From the NCBI GenBank assembly GCA_051439505.1, contig JBFRWI010000086.1:60116-124115 (forward strand): DNA of 64,000 nucleotides. The letters run 5' to 3'. The DNA comes from Hormoscilla sp. Its GTDB lineage: Bacteria > Cyanobacteriota > Cyanobacteriia > Cyanobacteriales > Desertifilaceae. Below, piece after piece: positions 42,301 to 49,118 of this stretch. The position numbers and the translations under genes are program-made. The notes under the pieces were generated by a model that worked only from the letters and a program-made list of their open reading frames with translations, made no database searches and was not told the DNA's origin. Positions within the stretch are counted from its first letter, which is position 1, and each line of letters opens with the position of its first letter.

Positions 42301-42347
42301 CTGTTAAAGATGCCCTACAATCATTCGATCGCAACCACAAACCCTGA
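30357..42347 (+). CDS. Giant 3996-aa protein: seven TPR-array + GT-B (GT9-like) glycosyltransferase modules
   Basis: Seven copies of EY(E/H)WR...EQGxGD...DFADTA...VDTAVxHLAGA...PDWRW...PWY. PDWRW at about 32161, 33403, 35158, 36969, 38763, 40656 and 42198. Confidence 0.9.
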   Translation: MVQHANNEKLSEGLGYYQAGRLDEARTVYWEIIQEQPHQVEAIAMLGIIAHQTGAYDRAIGYYQEALAIKPDYPEAYNNLGASFWEQGQMERAVAVYKQAIAIKPDYIDAYNNLAIALSRQGKISEATAVYQQVVLLRPESGEARQKLADLLKKGRRWDEAMANYQQAIALNPENPELYNSLGEVLKEKGEITHAKENFQRAIGLKPDYYEALNNLAFVFVAEKQLERAAELFQQMIALKPQIPETYNNLGATLKQLDRVEEAIACYEKALALKPEFREVYNNLGAARQEQALNQLPEAIANYRTCIAIDPEDAMAHSRLGMALLLSGNFPEGWVEYEWRWQTADLLSSRLKTTKPVWDGRELAGKTILLDSEQGFGDTIQFIRYVPLVAKGGGKVIVQTYTGLQRLFATVPGIDRVIIKGEELPEFDCHAPLMSLPHILGTRKETIPSQVPYLQTETLKCLLRTPETLKCLLRTPETLKCLLRTPETLKCLLRTQKLRVGIAWTVNPQSATAYKRACPLSYFLELLEEIPEITLYSLEVSDEAKQEIEKTPIQDLSHLLKDFADTAAVISQLDLVISVDTAVAHLAGALGKIVWVLLPFSPDWRWQLHGEETPWYPTMRLFRQAKRSCWSELFDRVKVALGSQTDNQTSALLQMAQKHEQAGNVDAAAQIYRDILSSHPRQTQTLHYLGCLVHKQGLLQEAIDLYQRAIAIDPHYVDVYNNLALAFTTVRQLPTAIEYYNQALRLDPENASGHLGKGLALLLMGDMGRGFVEYEWRFAVQHQGKGVPPRLFQQPTWQGEPLGGRTILLYGEQGYGDAIQFIRYAPLVAQRGGRVIVECHSSLVRLFATVSGIERIIAEGTVLPDFDLQAPLMSLPRILCTTLETIPNQVPYLKISGTLLSPIPRNSQFKIGFVWSGHIAYRGDITHLRAYPVGYFLELAQIPEVTLYSLQKYPSAAEIAALEKNNVLSLHDRLSDFADTAAIINQLDLVISVDTAVAHLAGALGKPVWVLLPFAPDWRWMLDRSDSPWYPTMRLFRQEQPKDWQRRFADVKIALRELLSMANNSKNTVKINESLVKAHSLYQGGEGDKAIALCRQLLLTYPGHSETTYLLGVFLQNTGKIAEAIGVYRQAIARQPQDMRLHNNLGVALRSLGRDDEAIACYEQAITIDPNCGEAYHNLAIILEAQDRREEAIAYYEKTIAIKPEKAEFYNRLGYCYQQGGDLAEAARRYQEALRIKPDYLEAICNLGITLQRQGNIVEAIAQYRQALAIKPDYPEVYNNMGTAWESQGKLPEAIGCHQQAIALKPDFAEAYSDLGFALQGQKQFQQAAGYYRHAIALKPDEVMAHVRLGMCLLLLQDFQRGFAEYEWRWRTKSQTPAERLGKPLWDGSSLAGKTILLHTEQGCGDAIQFVRYAPLVAQQGTQVILETYRDLGRLFTTVPGVQQVVIKGEQLPAFDLQAPLMSLPRILGTTVETIPAEVPYLHAEGTEALKCLLRTEGEVKVGIVWAVNAKSPTASKRSCPVSLFLELLEIPGISLYSLQKEHADILDGTAIQDLSTHLHDFADTAAAIAQLDLVISVDTAVAHLAGALGKPVWVLLPFSPDWRWLLDRSDSPWYPTMRLFRQAKQSDWQSVFAQVKAALTAKDESSVRRTGVSPVTGESNEQQPKTQVISIDRGLEIARNHHELGQTQQAIDICRQILSSFPAHADTLYSLGSFLHRKDNLDEAIALYQQAIASDPNHFEARLNLGLAICQQGDKEKAIAIYQEALSIQPDRAEIYYNLGNALQEQEKYEEAMANYQQAIARKPDYPKAYNNWGNCLKTVGRLDEAIAQYRQAIALDPNYAGAYNRLGNTFKKQGKIAEAIAQYHLALAIEPHYVEVHNNMALVLQTEGRLEEAIGHYNKSLQLRPDDATTHFARAFTWLLMGEMLAGWNEYEWRWDDDIVAPRHFEEPLWDGSPGGTILIYTEQGLGDNIQFIRYAPLVKERVGQVIVECPESLVRLFANVPGIDRVVSQGKPLPEFDVQVPLMSLPRILGTSLENIPAPIPYLWDPPQPPLERGGLLTPPSPQQDPPQPPLERGGLLTPPFLRGAGGDLPDDAGIKVGFVWAGTDSYLHDLTRYRSCPLDLFLELLAIPNLSLYSLQKEPVEEALKRLLRTSVVSLHEELGDFADTANAIAQLDLIISVDTAVAHLAGAMGKPVWVLLPFAPDWRWMLNRSDSPWYPTMHLFRQSQPGDWQGLFAQVKSALQSLVHLLSGNIAVDNDRTLINDGQLAIALAHHQGGRLEAAENIYRQIIANQPETAPDHPQALHLLGVMAHQKGQSDMACDLIKKAIALNPNQGEFHSNLTAVYHGLQQLDLAMAHARQAINLAPEFAEGYYNLAAILRDSGDPDGAISNYRTALRLQPDNIEAARNLAATLKEQGKLDEAIGSYQQVVSLDAQDPEDHFNLGVTLQQQGRHEEAIAQYRTAIELKPDYADAYHNIGVALQQTGKPEQAIAYYEKAIELLPEYIDAYNNMGHGFYELRRIAEAIGAYSKTLELDPENVEAHFARSLTLLYANNFPDGFAEYHWRWHLPGKEMPAFPQPLWQGEDLTGLTILLHAEQGLGDTIQFIRYVSLVAQRHPRAIACACGPSLLRLFSTIPGISKLISVVDQSVEFDVHAPLMSLPGILGTTVSTIPTQIPYLQTVENVTVQMPKTRNLKVGIVWAAGEWGENRLQSPQRLRSCGLNYFLELLDIPGIVFYSLQKGTRAVEATDTPIHDLSPQLNDFADTASAIAQLDLVISVDTAVPHLAGALGKPVWMLLPFAPDWRWMQSGESTPWYSTMRLFRQASPGDWQGVFEEVWDSLLALVNPEEGEAVKKRKKQQKAKNKGFGTQFKPPTKTTAFPGDRQGTTGVNNSALQLLDQGFQAQQSGKLDAAIACYSKAISIEPEFAEAHRRLGMARKKQGKLQEATQHYRRAINLKPDLFDAYINLGVVLRKQGLSQEAIATYEQALQINPNAANVLNNLGNVYRDLGRVDEAASSYQRAISIQPNYVDPIISLGSIFQEQDKLEDAIAMYDRAIAMEPNSASVRSNLGVALKDVGRLDDAKTHLQEAIALDPNYAIGYSNLGLVLEEMDQLDEAEAMSRKAIALDPNFTDAYHNLAVALHRKCQLQASIASYERAIDLNPQFAEAHMGLAITLMLAGDYRRGFVEYEWRWQLKHIQRSELTQPDWQGESLDGKTILLYTEQGFGDTINFIRYAPLVRARGTNVKVIVMCKPAVYRLLQTVDGIDQVIIKGEELPQFDVKAALLSLPRILGTTWETIPTTVPYVKAVPWEALTEEEALKRLLRTDRLKVGIAWAGNPANKNDRRRSTSLSYFQQLLSIPGIAFYSLQKGDRTADITPEIGNLANLDPLLKDFADTAAIVRQLDLVITVDTAVAHLAGALGKPVWVLLCHCPDWRWRLTCENSPWYPTMRLFRQQQPGDWSELFARVKSALLSWSGESSVAPVGTGSATSDSTEEARSQAGAWERGRLLQTENDITSLLQAGVQHQQGGRLEAARNIYQQILQAQPLHVDARQLLGVVAYQMDNAEEAIAHYRQALALNPNYPEVLNNLGAALWKLEKAAEAIPYYQKAIALKPDYIDAYNNLGQALMREDRMDEAISAYQQLLSLKPDHAEAHVNLGLAWRERGNLHQAIGHYQQALARQPKNPEARLYLAIALLLNGDFGRGFVEYEWRWHQKGFSLGHYLHNVWDGSPLEGKTILLRGEQGFGDAIQFIRYLPMVRARKPSRIVVECQQPLIRLFQTLEGIDQLVVKGEPLPPLDLQAPLMSLPRILGTTLETIPHEIPYFHAVESEALKRLLRTSSRIKVGIVWAGSTMNKTDRHRSITLDCFLPLLQMDDVSFYSLQKGDRVADITQDIPNLVNLDPQINDFADTAAIVEQLDLVITVDTAVAHLAGALGKPVWVLLAFAPDWRWMLERPDSPWYPTMRLFRQQQRGDWSFVFAAVKDALQSFDRNHKP
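31723..31842 (+). repeat. In-frame 30-bp tandem repeat x4 (CGGAAACACTAAAGTGTTTACTACGAACCC; PETLKCLLRT)
   Basis: Four exact units with no spacers; each contains the hairpin AAACAC-TAAA-GTGTTT. Confidence 0.95.
36497..36630. repeat. In-frame C/G-tract palindromic element with duplicated left arm
   Basis: GATCCCCCCCAACCCCCCTTAGAAAGGGGGGG occurs twice (60-bp period), closed by CCCCCTTTTTAAGGGGGGCCGGGGGGGATC. Confidence 0.85.
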
Positions 42348-42663
42348 CTTTCGATAGTGAAGATATTCTGGCGTTACACATTGAGGGGATGATAGCAGCC
42401 AATTTTTCAACTTTGCTAATGGCTAATTGCTAATTGAAAAGAGTAAAGCTATCTATTCATGACTATAAATGACGCTCTCAAACGGGTGCAGGCACTAGGT
42501 CTGCTAAAATGGAGCAGATAGCAAAAAATTACCGTCTCAGGGGTGTGGTCAAAACCTGTCGATCGTTCGGGCGGCCCTCTCAGTCGCCGGATCCCCCCAA
42601 ACCCCCAATTATCTCGACTGGCAACCGGTCAGACCTCTGCTTGCTACCAGTTGGCTTATGGGC

Positions 42664-43470
42664 CTAGGGCCAAGCCGAAAAATCCTGCACGAACTGTTCG
42701 AGTGATAGCAACTCAATGCCCTCGGTATTGCGGATCCATTCTCGTTCCGAGGCAGTATTATAGCCCCAATCAGCTAGGTAAAGCCTCACCGGCTCTAAGT
42801 CTGGTTGCTGTTGTACCAATTGTAAAGTCTTCAGCCGGTCTTCTATAAACCAGATGTTCTGGACCGCGCCTCCCAATTCTCGCAGAATTTCGTACTTGGG
42901 ACGTTTGCAGCCCTTGCCATAAATCTTCCCAGAGGCAAACTCTATTCCTTGTTGCTGCAACAGCTTTCTGACAAAGCGTTCCTCTTTGGTGGTGATAATC
43001 ACCGGTTCTACCGGACTCTCAAAGAGCGATCGCACTCTTTCGACTACTCCCGGATAGAACCGATGGTACCCCAGCCAGCCAGCTAAATCTGTAGATATCC
43101 ATCGATCGCGCTGTTTGTCCAGTAGCGGTCCCAACTCTGCCGCTTGGAGATTTTCTGTCTTCAACAGCTGCTGGGCGATCGCCGGCCAACCGAGCAAAAT
43201 CTCCTCTTCTGGGATACCCTGGATAATGGCTCGTAGCAGCAAAGGCATTTCCCATCCCGTTTCGATCACCGGTCGCAGGCGATAGAACACCGGCGCTATC
43301 TGCTCGGGAGGATCCTGACTAGCTGGCTGCCATACTTGACAATAAGTCCACCAAGTCGTCAGAAAATACTCTTGCAGCCCGTCACAGAGAACACCGTCAA
43401 AATCGAGGGCGAGGATAGTAGGGGCGGTTCTACTTCGCTCACCGCAAGCGGTTTCAGGCATAGTTTTCAC
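42664..43470 (-). CDS. HAD-family hydrolase (cyanobacterial/plant type)
   Basis: LALDFDGVLCD, LRPVIETGWE, TTK, FIEDR, LADWGYN. Confidence 0.85.
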   Translation of the reverse strand: MKTMPETACGERSRTAPTILALDFDGVLCDGLQEYFLTTWWTYCQVWQPASQDPPEQIAPVFYRLRPVIETGWEMPLLLRAIIQGIPEEEILLGWPAIAQQLLKTENLQAAELGPLLDKQRDRWISTDLAGWLGYHRFYPGVVERVRSLFESPVEPVIITTKEERFVRKLLQQQGIEFASGKIYGKGCKRPKYEILRELGGAVQNIWFIEDRLKTLQLVQQQPDLEPVRLYLADWGYNTASEREWIRNTEGIELLSLEQFVQDFSAWP

Positions 43471-43526
43471 ATCGCTACTGGATCATTATCACATCCAGAG
43501 GACCATACTAGCCATCACCTATTCAA

Positions 43527-43598
43527 CTGGGGTGCTAGGATTCGAACCTAGGAATGGCGGGACCAAAACCCGCTGCCTTACCGCTTGGCTACACCCCA
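43527..43598 (-). tRNA. tRNA-Gln (anticodon TTG), CCA not encoded
   Basis: TGGGGTGTAGCCAAGCGGTAAGGCAGCGGGTTTTGGTCCCGCCATTCCTAGGTTCGAATCCTAGCACCCCAG folds as a cloverleaf. Confidence 0.96.
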
Positions 43599-43996
43599 AT
43601 GCAGCTCACTTTTATATCATAACCTACATACCCTAGTAATTGTCAAGTCCTATTTCGATTTTTTTTGAACTTTTTTTTTCGACATCCGCGAAACCCTTAC
43701 CCTCTGGGCATTAAGCGAGATTTTTTTTCATACCCCCAGGTGGGGGTGTGCCCGTCCAGCGGGTGGCCATGCTCAACCAGATCCTGGGGACAGGTCTTGA
43801 GGAGCATTTGCCAGCGTTGACTAACCCGGCCTTGAACAAGTATAAACTGTCGAGGCCATTGGTATGGGTTAACAGCGCCTAAAGGCTGCCCCACTCTGGC
43901 CCAAAAATCACCATTACTGCTTTCCCATTTACTTTTACGTTTGCACGTTTGCTCTAAGGAGCTGGCAATGTCCATCCTAAATCCGTGGAGGAAAAG

Positions 43997-44377
43997 ATGT
44001 CTTCCAGTTTGACTGATGTACCGACAATCCTAACAGTCGATGACAGCGAGATCATGCAAAAATTGATCCAAAAATATTTAGGCAGCGACTATCGGGTGCT
44101 GGTGGCGAGCAATGCTGTCGATGCTCTGGCCTTGATTTACCACGAACCCATCGACCTTGTCCTGCTGGACGTTTCCATGCCAGGAATTGATGGTCTCGAA
44201 CTTTGCCGCACCGTGCGCAGCATCCCGCAGTTTCAGCATCTGGCCATTATCATGGTCACAGCCCGAGATAGCCCTTTTGATAAAGTCCAAGGGCGTCTTG
44301 CTGGTGCCACGGAATATTTAACCAAGCCCTTTGACGCTGAGCAGCTGCTCGCGTTTGTGAACAGATTTGCTGGGTGA
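43997..44377 (+). CDS. Single-domain response regulator (CheY-like)
   Basis: VDD, LLDVSMPGIDG, T, KPF; GGAGG before the ATG at 43997. Confidence 0.92.
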   Translation: MSSSLTDVPTILTVDDSEIMQKLIQKYLGSDYRVLVASNAVDALALIYHEPIDLVLLDVSMPGIDGLELCRTVRSIPQFQHLAIIMVTARDSPFDKVQGRLAGATEYLTKPFDAEQLLAFVNRFAG

Positions 44378-44453
44378 TCGAACTGCCGCTCTGTTGATTG
44401 GCGTGAATCACCGATTGCCGATCCTTAATATCGGTATCTGTAATCCACTGAGC

Positions 44454-44492
44454 GGGGAGTAGTCAGAAGTAAATTTTATCTTACTACTCCCC
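44454..44492. terminator. Hairpin between convergent genes
   Basis: ggggagtagt...actactcccc 10-bp stem. Confidence 0.5.
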
Positions 44493-44521
44493 CCAATTGG
44501 AAGAGCCCAACTCGGGTCGTT

Positions 44522-45019
44522 CTAATTCGTTTGTGCTGCCAACAGTTCCTTGAGTTTCGCCAGATCGTCTGCCCAGCGCGGATCCGGCTGAATTTCATTG
44601 GCACTAGGAGCCGCGGCAGAGCTTGTGTTAGCTGGACGACGAGATTTACTTTTGCTTTTGCTTTTGCGCCCGCCGCCGCTAGGAGCTGGCGTGCTGCTAG
44701 CGGTGGCAGGAACTGCCTCCGGGGAGCCGCCGCCTTTACCTTCTTTACCTTCTTTACCTTCTTTACCTTTTTGACGCGGCAATGCCTTTTCAATCTTCAG
44801 GGTGCTGTCTTTGAATACATAGCCGTTGAACTTCTCAATAATTTCGTCAGCCTTTTCGTCGGTTTTGACTGTGACAAAACCGAAACCACGACATTTCCCT
44901 GTTTTCCGATCGGTGATCACCTTCGTAGTCACAGAGTCACCCTCCTCAGCAAAGACCTCTGCTAGCTCTTTGCGCTCTATTTCTTTGGGCAGATTCCCTA
45001 CATACAGACGAATGGACAT
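44522..45019 (-). CDS. RRM RNA-binding protein (long-tailed Rbp3-like class)
   Basis: RNP2 LYVGNL, RNP1 RGFGFV, C-terminal QPDPRWADDLAKLK; (KEG)n insert. Confidence 0.9.
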   Translation of the reverse strand: MSIRLYVGNLPKEIERKELAEVFAEEGDSVTTKVITDRKTGKCRGFGFVTVKTDEKADEIIEKFNGYVFKDSTLKIEKALPRQKGKEGKEGKEGKGGGSPEAVPATASSTPAPSGGGRKSKSKSKSRRPANTSSAAAPSANEIQPDPRWADDLAKLKELLAAQTN

Positions 45020-45589
45020 AATACCTCCAGACTTTGATTTGACATCAATAACCATGGCACTGCTTTACTACTCAGTCAAATGGGTAGTGACCAAGACACA
45101 ATGCCTAATTTTTCTAGAACCAACAAATAGGACACCTCTATCTTTTTCCAAGACAATCCTGCTGTTGCTGCACGAGCCGGAATGTCACCCCTTGTACTGG
45201 ACTCTTTGCCCGACCATTGGGAGATCGCACCACACCTAACTGTCCATTTCTAATACCAACCATGCTTTAAGTTATCATCTCCTACTTCATTAGCTCCCTG
45301 AGACTACTAACTACCTGCCGTTAAACTTTTTTTAACATCTTCTCTACCATTGACAAAAACTTGCGTTCATCTGGGGTGAGACTTACAGTTCCACAAAAAA
45401 ACAGCCCCAGACTGCGGCTGGTAGCTTTGGCGGTATTGACAGCGATCGTTCATGAGTTGCACCATAGAGGCCGGCAGTAAGGTACAGAAATGGGAAAATT
45501 TATGACCAGGTCTGGGCTGGGGATTAGGTAATGAAACTTAACATATTTTTCTCGATTGAACAACTTCTCTTTACCAATTTCATCAGATC

Positions 45590-48043
45590 CTAAGTTTGCC
45601 AGATCAGGTATGAGCCCCACACTCCCGCCGCAAAAGCTATAATCGTCAGCCAGATAGGTAGATAACTGTGACTGGTTCTATTCGCACTGGTGCCTAGGGT
45701 TTCCAGGTCGAGCCAGACGATGGCCCCCCGGCGCAACCAGCCCGTTGCGGTGACTGATTTACCGATTAAATCCCGGGGACGGATCCCCATACCATCCCAT
45801 AAATCCCCAATGGGACCCAAGGGAGAAATGTAGTGTAACTTCACTCTGACACTGCCAGTTTCCAGAATCAAATCCTGTCCTAACCCGTTACTCAGGCCGC
45901 GACGCCCCAATAGTTTACCTTGCAAGCAGCAGGTTTGGCTATCTGCCACCCGGGCTTGGTTATTGGCGATCGCCTCTGTTAAATTCACTTCTGTTAAAGC
46001 AGTGCGTCGTTTGACATCTGGGAAATAGCCGTTGAGCAGCACCAAGATGCTGATGCTGAAACTAATCAGCAGGCAAGCGGCCATCAGGTCGCCTCTTTGA
46101 TCTTGAGACAGCCACACTAAATTACCAATATACATGAAATAGGCTATTTTTCCAATCAGCCACAGAAAAATTCTGAATCCTAGACCCAGCACTAAGCTAA
46201 TTATCAGGGCTGTTTGCAGCAGGGGTGCGAGCTTGTAGCTGTTCAATAGTAATGATACAGCCGTATTGAGGGTATCCCTGATGTCTGCTCTCGATAGCTT
46301 GGGACTGTTATGAGCCGGTGCGATCGCCGGTACATCCAGTTCCGTTTCTAGACCCCAGTAGCGGGCGTAGTGGGCGAGTCGTTGCAGTCTTACTCCCATC
46401 AGGGGATGTCCAGCACCCCACGTCAACCACTGACTGTAAGGATTAAGGATATCCCACGACCAGTTAGCATCTGCTGGCCAGTTACAGATAGCCTGACTAT
46501 ACCCTACAGGATCGAGTAAATCAAAACTTTCTGTTAAAAAGCTGGTTGACTTGGTTTTCTGGATATCGTCGGTAATGCCGATGGCGATTTTCAGCAAGGC
46601 CCGGGTGAGTGCATTGGGGTTGCCCGTCGTTGCCACTGAGCCGGCGTCGCTATAAAGTAGCCGCTGCCGCGACAACCACAGTAGGGGCAAGCGTAGTAAC
46701 CAATAGGACCCATAGCTGAGGTTTGCCACCAGTGCCGCTACGGTTCTGAATAAATACTCTAGCAATGGTCTGTCTATTCGGTCTAAGGCAAACTCTCCCC
46801 CTAAAGCCACTTGCCAATAGAGGATGTAGGGAATTTGCAGTACCAATACCCCTACGGACATGACCAGAAAATCCCAGTTGACGATCTGCGCTAACTGTGC
46901 GGCATAGATAGTGGCTATTTCGTCATCTTCTAGTTGCTGCAATAGTCCCTCACTAACTACTATCCGGGCCGTCATCGGTAAATTTCCGTAGGTGATGGCC
47001 ACGGGTGTGGAGGTGGGTAATATGCCTAAGGAGGGCACTCTCATTCGTCGCTGACGGCAAAATCTTTGCATCACTTTGGCTGCATCGGGACTGCGATCGC
47101 GCAACTGGTCGTGAGTCATTGGTTGGAGACCGTGAAAGAATCTCAGTAGCCCATCCATTAACCAGGGAGACAAGACTAGCACGATCGCCAAGGTGAGAAA
47201 GACAAACTGGGTGGGATCAAGGGTAAACCAGTTAATGGGTCGCAACAACGGCAGCAAGGCTAAGATTTTGTTAATTGTAACCTCGGCGAATCTGAGTACA
47301 GCCCGACTCCACCAAATGAAGGCGATCGCAGTTACCCCCTGTAGCACCCACAGCAGCCTGATATCAGAGACTAAACCCGGCCCGACCGGCAATGGTCCCC
47401 ACTGCTTGGCCCTTGGTGCCTGACGCCACTCACGTTCTTCTACTCTCTTCTTAGTTGGAACTGCGGGAGTTGTCTGGGTTAAGGCTGCTGGGGCCGGAAT
47501 CTCGGAAGCTATAGGCTGTGGTGGATCGATTTTATCTGATGATGACTCTGCCAGAGGATTTTTAGGAAAACTTTTATGTTTGCTCTTTGCTCGCTCTCGC
47601 CCCGGGAAATTCGGTTCCATCCGGGGGACGGATGGTAACTTTCGCCCCCTACGCTTCTGACTCTTTGGTGGCCTAGTCCCCAAGGGGACAAAACCGGTGG
47701 TATCTCCCGACATTGGAACGAAACCTGTGGGGTCTGCTGCTGGGGTTGATGGTACCCCAGTGGATGGCTGACGAGCGCTCAAATCTGCTAGAGTTTTTAC
47801 AGCCCAGTTTTTCACTTTGCCCTTACTGCTTTGGCTGAGGGCCTGACAGAGGGCGATCGCCTTTTCGGGCTGACCGGTGTCACGGTAAGCCAATACTAGA
47901 CCTGTCTGGGCTTTGGTGATGTTGCGATCGTCTAGTTCCAACTCACAGACAGCTTCTAGGTGAGCGATCGCTTTTTGGTAATCTGATTGCTTGAGGGCGG
48001 CTAAACCCGCCTCTAAAGATGGGTTGTCCGGGATAGATGTCAT
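45590..48043 (-). CDS. TPR + M48/HtpX-like membrane protein with degenerate zinc motif
   Basis: N-terminal TPR; PVAITYGNLP..ARIVVSEGLLQQLEDDEIATIYAAQLAQI; TGNPNAL; HPLMG.RL. Confidence 0.8.
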   Translation of the reverse strand: MTSIPDNPSLEAGLAALKQSDYQKAIAHLEAVCELELDDRNITKAQTGLVLAYRDTGQPEKAIALCQALSQSSKGKVKNWAVKTLADLSARQPSTGVPSTPAADPTGFVPMSGDTTGFVPLGTRPPKSQKRRGRKLPSVPRMEPNFPGRERAKSKHKSFPKNPLAESSSDKIDPPQPIASEIPAPAALTQTTPAVPTKKRVEEREWRQAPRAKQWGPLPVGPGLVSDIRLLWVLQGVTAIAFIWWSRAVLRFAEVTINKILALLPLLRPINWFTLDPTQFVFLTLAIVLVLSPWLMDGLLRFFHGLQPMTHDQLRDRSPDAAKVMQRFCRQRRMRVPSLGILPTSTPVAITYGNLPMTARIVVSEGLLQQLEDDEIATIYAAQLAQIVNWDFLVMSVGVLVLQIPYILYWQVALGGEFALDRIDRPLLEYLFRTVAALVANLSYGSYWLLRLPLLWLSRQRLLYSDAGSVATTGNPNALTRALLKIAIGITDDIQKTKSTSFLTESFDLLDPVGYSQAICNWPADANWSWDILNPYSQWLTWGAGHPLMGVRLQRLAHYARYWGLETELDVPAIAPAHNSPKLSRADIRDTLNTAVSLLLNSYKLAPLLQTALIISLVLGLGFRIFLWLIGKIAYFMYIGNLVWLSQDQRGDLMAACLLISFSISILVLLNGYFPDVKRRTALTEVNLTEAIANNQARVADSQTCCLQGKLLGRRGLSNGLGQDLILETGSVRVKLHYISPLGPIGDLWDGMGIRPRDLIGKSVTATGWLRRGAIVWLDLETLGTSANRTSHSYLPIWLTIIAFAAGVWGSYLIWQT

Positions 48044-48221
48044 GAATTTCTCACCCGCGCTTTCTTCCAAGATAGCCCATTGAGCAGCCGATGCTGCTCG
48101 CCTTTGTGGCAATTAAGGTCTATTATAGACTCAAGCCCCACTAACACCGGACTTTCAATCTCATAATATCTGCGGCTCTAGCAGCAACGCTCACCCGACT
48201 GCTACATCAGTAAATAAAACT

Positions 48222-49118
48222 ATGCTTAGACGTAATTTCCTGTGGTATTTTCTCCTCTTTGTCGCTGGCTGTACCGCCGCCACACCGAATCTCCATAGCA
48301 GTTCTGACAACTCTCCTCTCAAGCAGAAAGAGAAACTGCGATTTGCCGTCAGCGATGTTCAAGGTATGGCCGATTTGCAGCGGTATTATGGCGCATTTAG
48401 AACTGCTTTAGAGGAAGTGTTAGAGACAAAAATTGAGTTTGTCCCCGTTGATAATTTTGTGGCAGCGACCGCCTCATTACATCTAAATCTGGTAGATATA
48501 GTTCTGGCAGGTCCCGCAGAATATATTATCCTTAAGGCAAGGACAAGTGCTGAGACGATCGTCGCCCTAACACGCCCTCACTACCGCTCCGTAATTGTCG
48601 TCCGTGCAGACAGTAACATCAAGTCATTAGCGGACTTGAAAGGCAAAAGAATTGAGTTAGGTAAGCTCGGGACCGGGGGGAGCTATGTTGGACAGATTAA
48701 AATGCTGATGGATGCTGGATTAAATCCGCAATCTGATGTCAATATTGTCAACTCAAAAGAGTATCACCTCAAGGCATTAAAAAATGGTGAGGTTGATGCC
48801 TGGGGAAGAACCTTGCACAGATACGAAAAAGCTCTGCAACAGGAAGGCGCATCCGAGAGGGATTATCCCATACTTGTAAAAAGTCCGCCCCTGCCCAGCG
48901 ATGTATTTGTTGCTAGTAGCCAACTGGAACCACTGTTGGTGGCAGAAATTCGCGATCGCATGCTGGAAAATCAGGATCGACTGCTGCAAGCTATCCTATC
49001 TGTGCCCTGGCACAGGTCTAAGTTCAAAGGTGCTACCCTAGCTGCCGCGAACGATCGGGATTACGACATGATTCGCGATGTGTATAAAGCGATGGGAGAA
49101 GATAACTTTATTAAATAA
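48222..49118 (+). CDS. PhnD-like phosphate/phosphonate-binding lipoprotein
   Basis: RRNFL signal and AGC lipobox; YRSVIVVRADS..SLADLKGK; SPPLPSD. Confidence 0.8.
   Translation: MLRRNFLWYFLLFVAGCTAATPNLHSSSDNSPLKQKEKLRFAVSDVQGMADLQRYYGAFRTALEEVLETKIEFVPVDNFVAATASLHLNLVDIVLAGPAEYIILKARTSAETIVALTRPHYRSVIVVRADSNIKSLADLKGKRIELGKLGTGGSYVGQIKMLMDAGLNPQSDVNIVNSKEYHLKALKNGEVDAWGRTLHRYEKALQQEGASERDYPILVKSPPLPSDVFVASSQLEPLLVAEIRDRMLENQDRLLQAILSVPWHRSKFKGATLAAANDRDYDMIRDVYKAMGEDNFIK

Noticed and set aside
43527..43598. tRNA-Gln as the integration site of an island carrying the giant gene
   Set aside because: No duplicated tRNA 3' end or integrase was seen, a conserved HAD gene lies directly downstream, and the giant gene is HIP1-rich like the host.
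43697..43975. 92-aa minus-strand ORF
   Set aside because: No motifs; overlaps the probable promoter regions of the response regulator and the tRNA.
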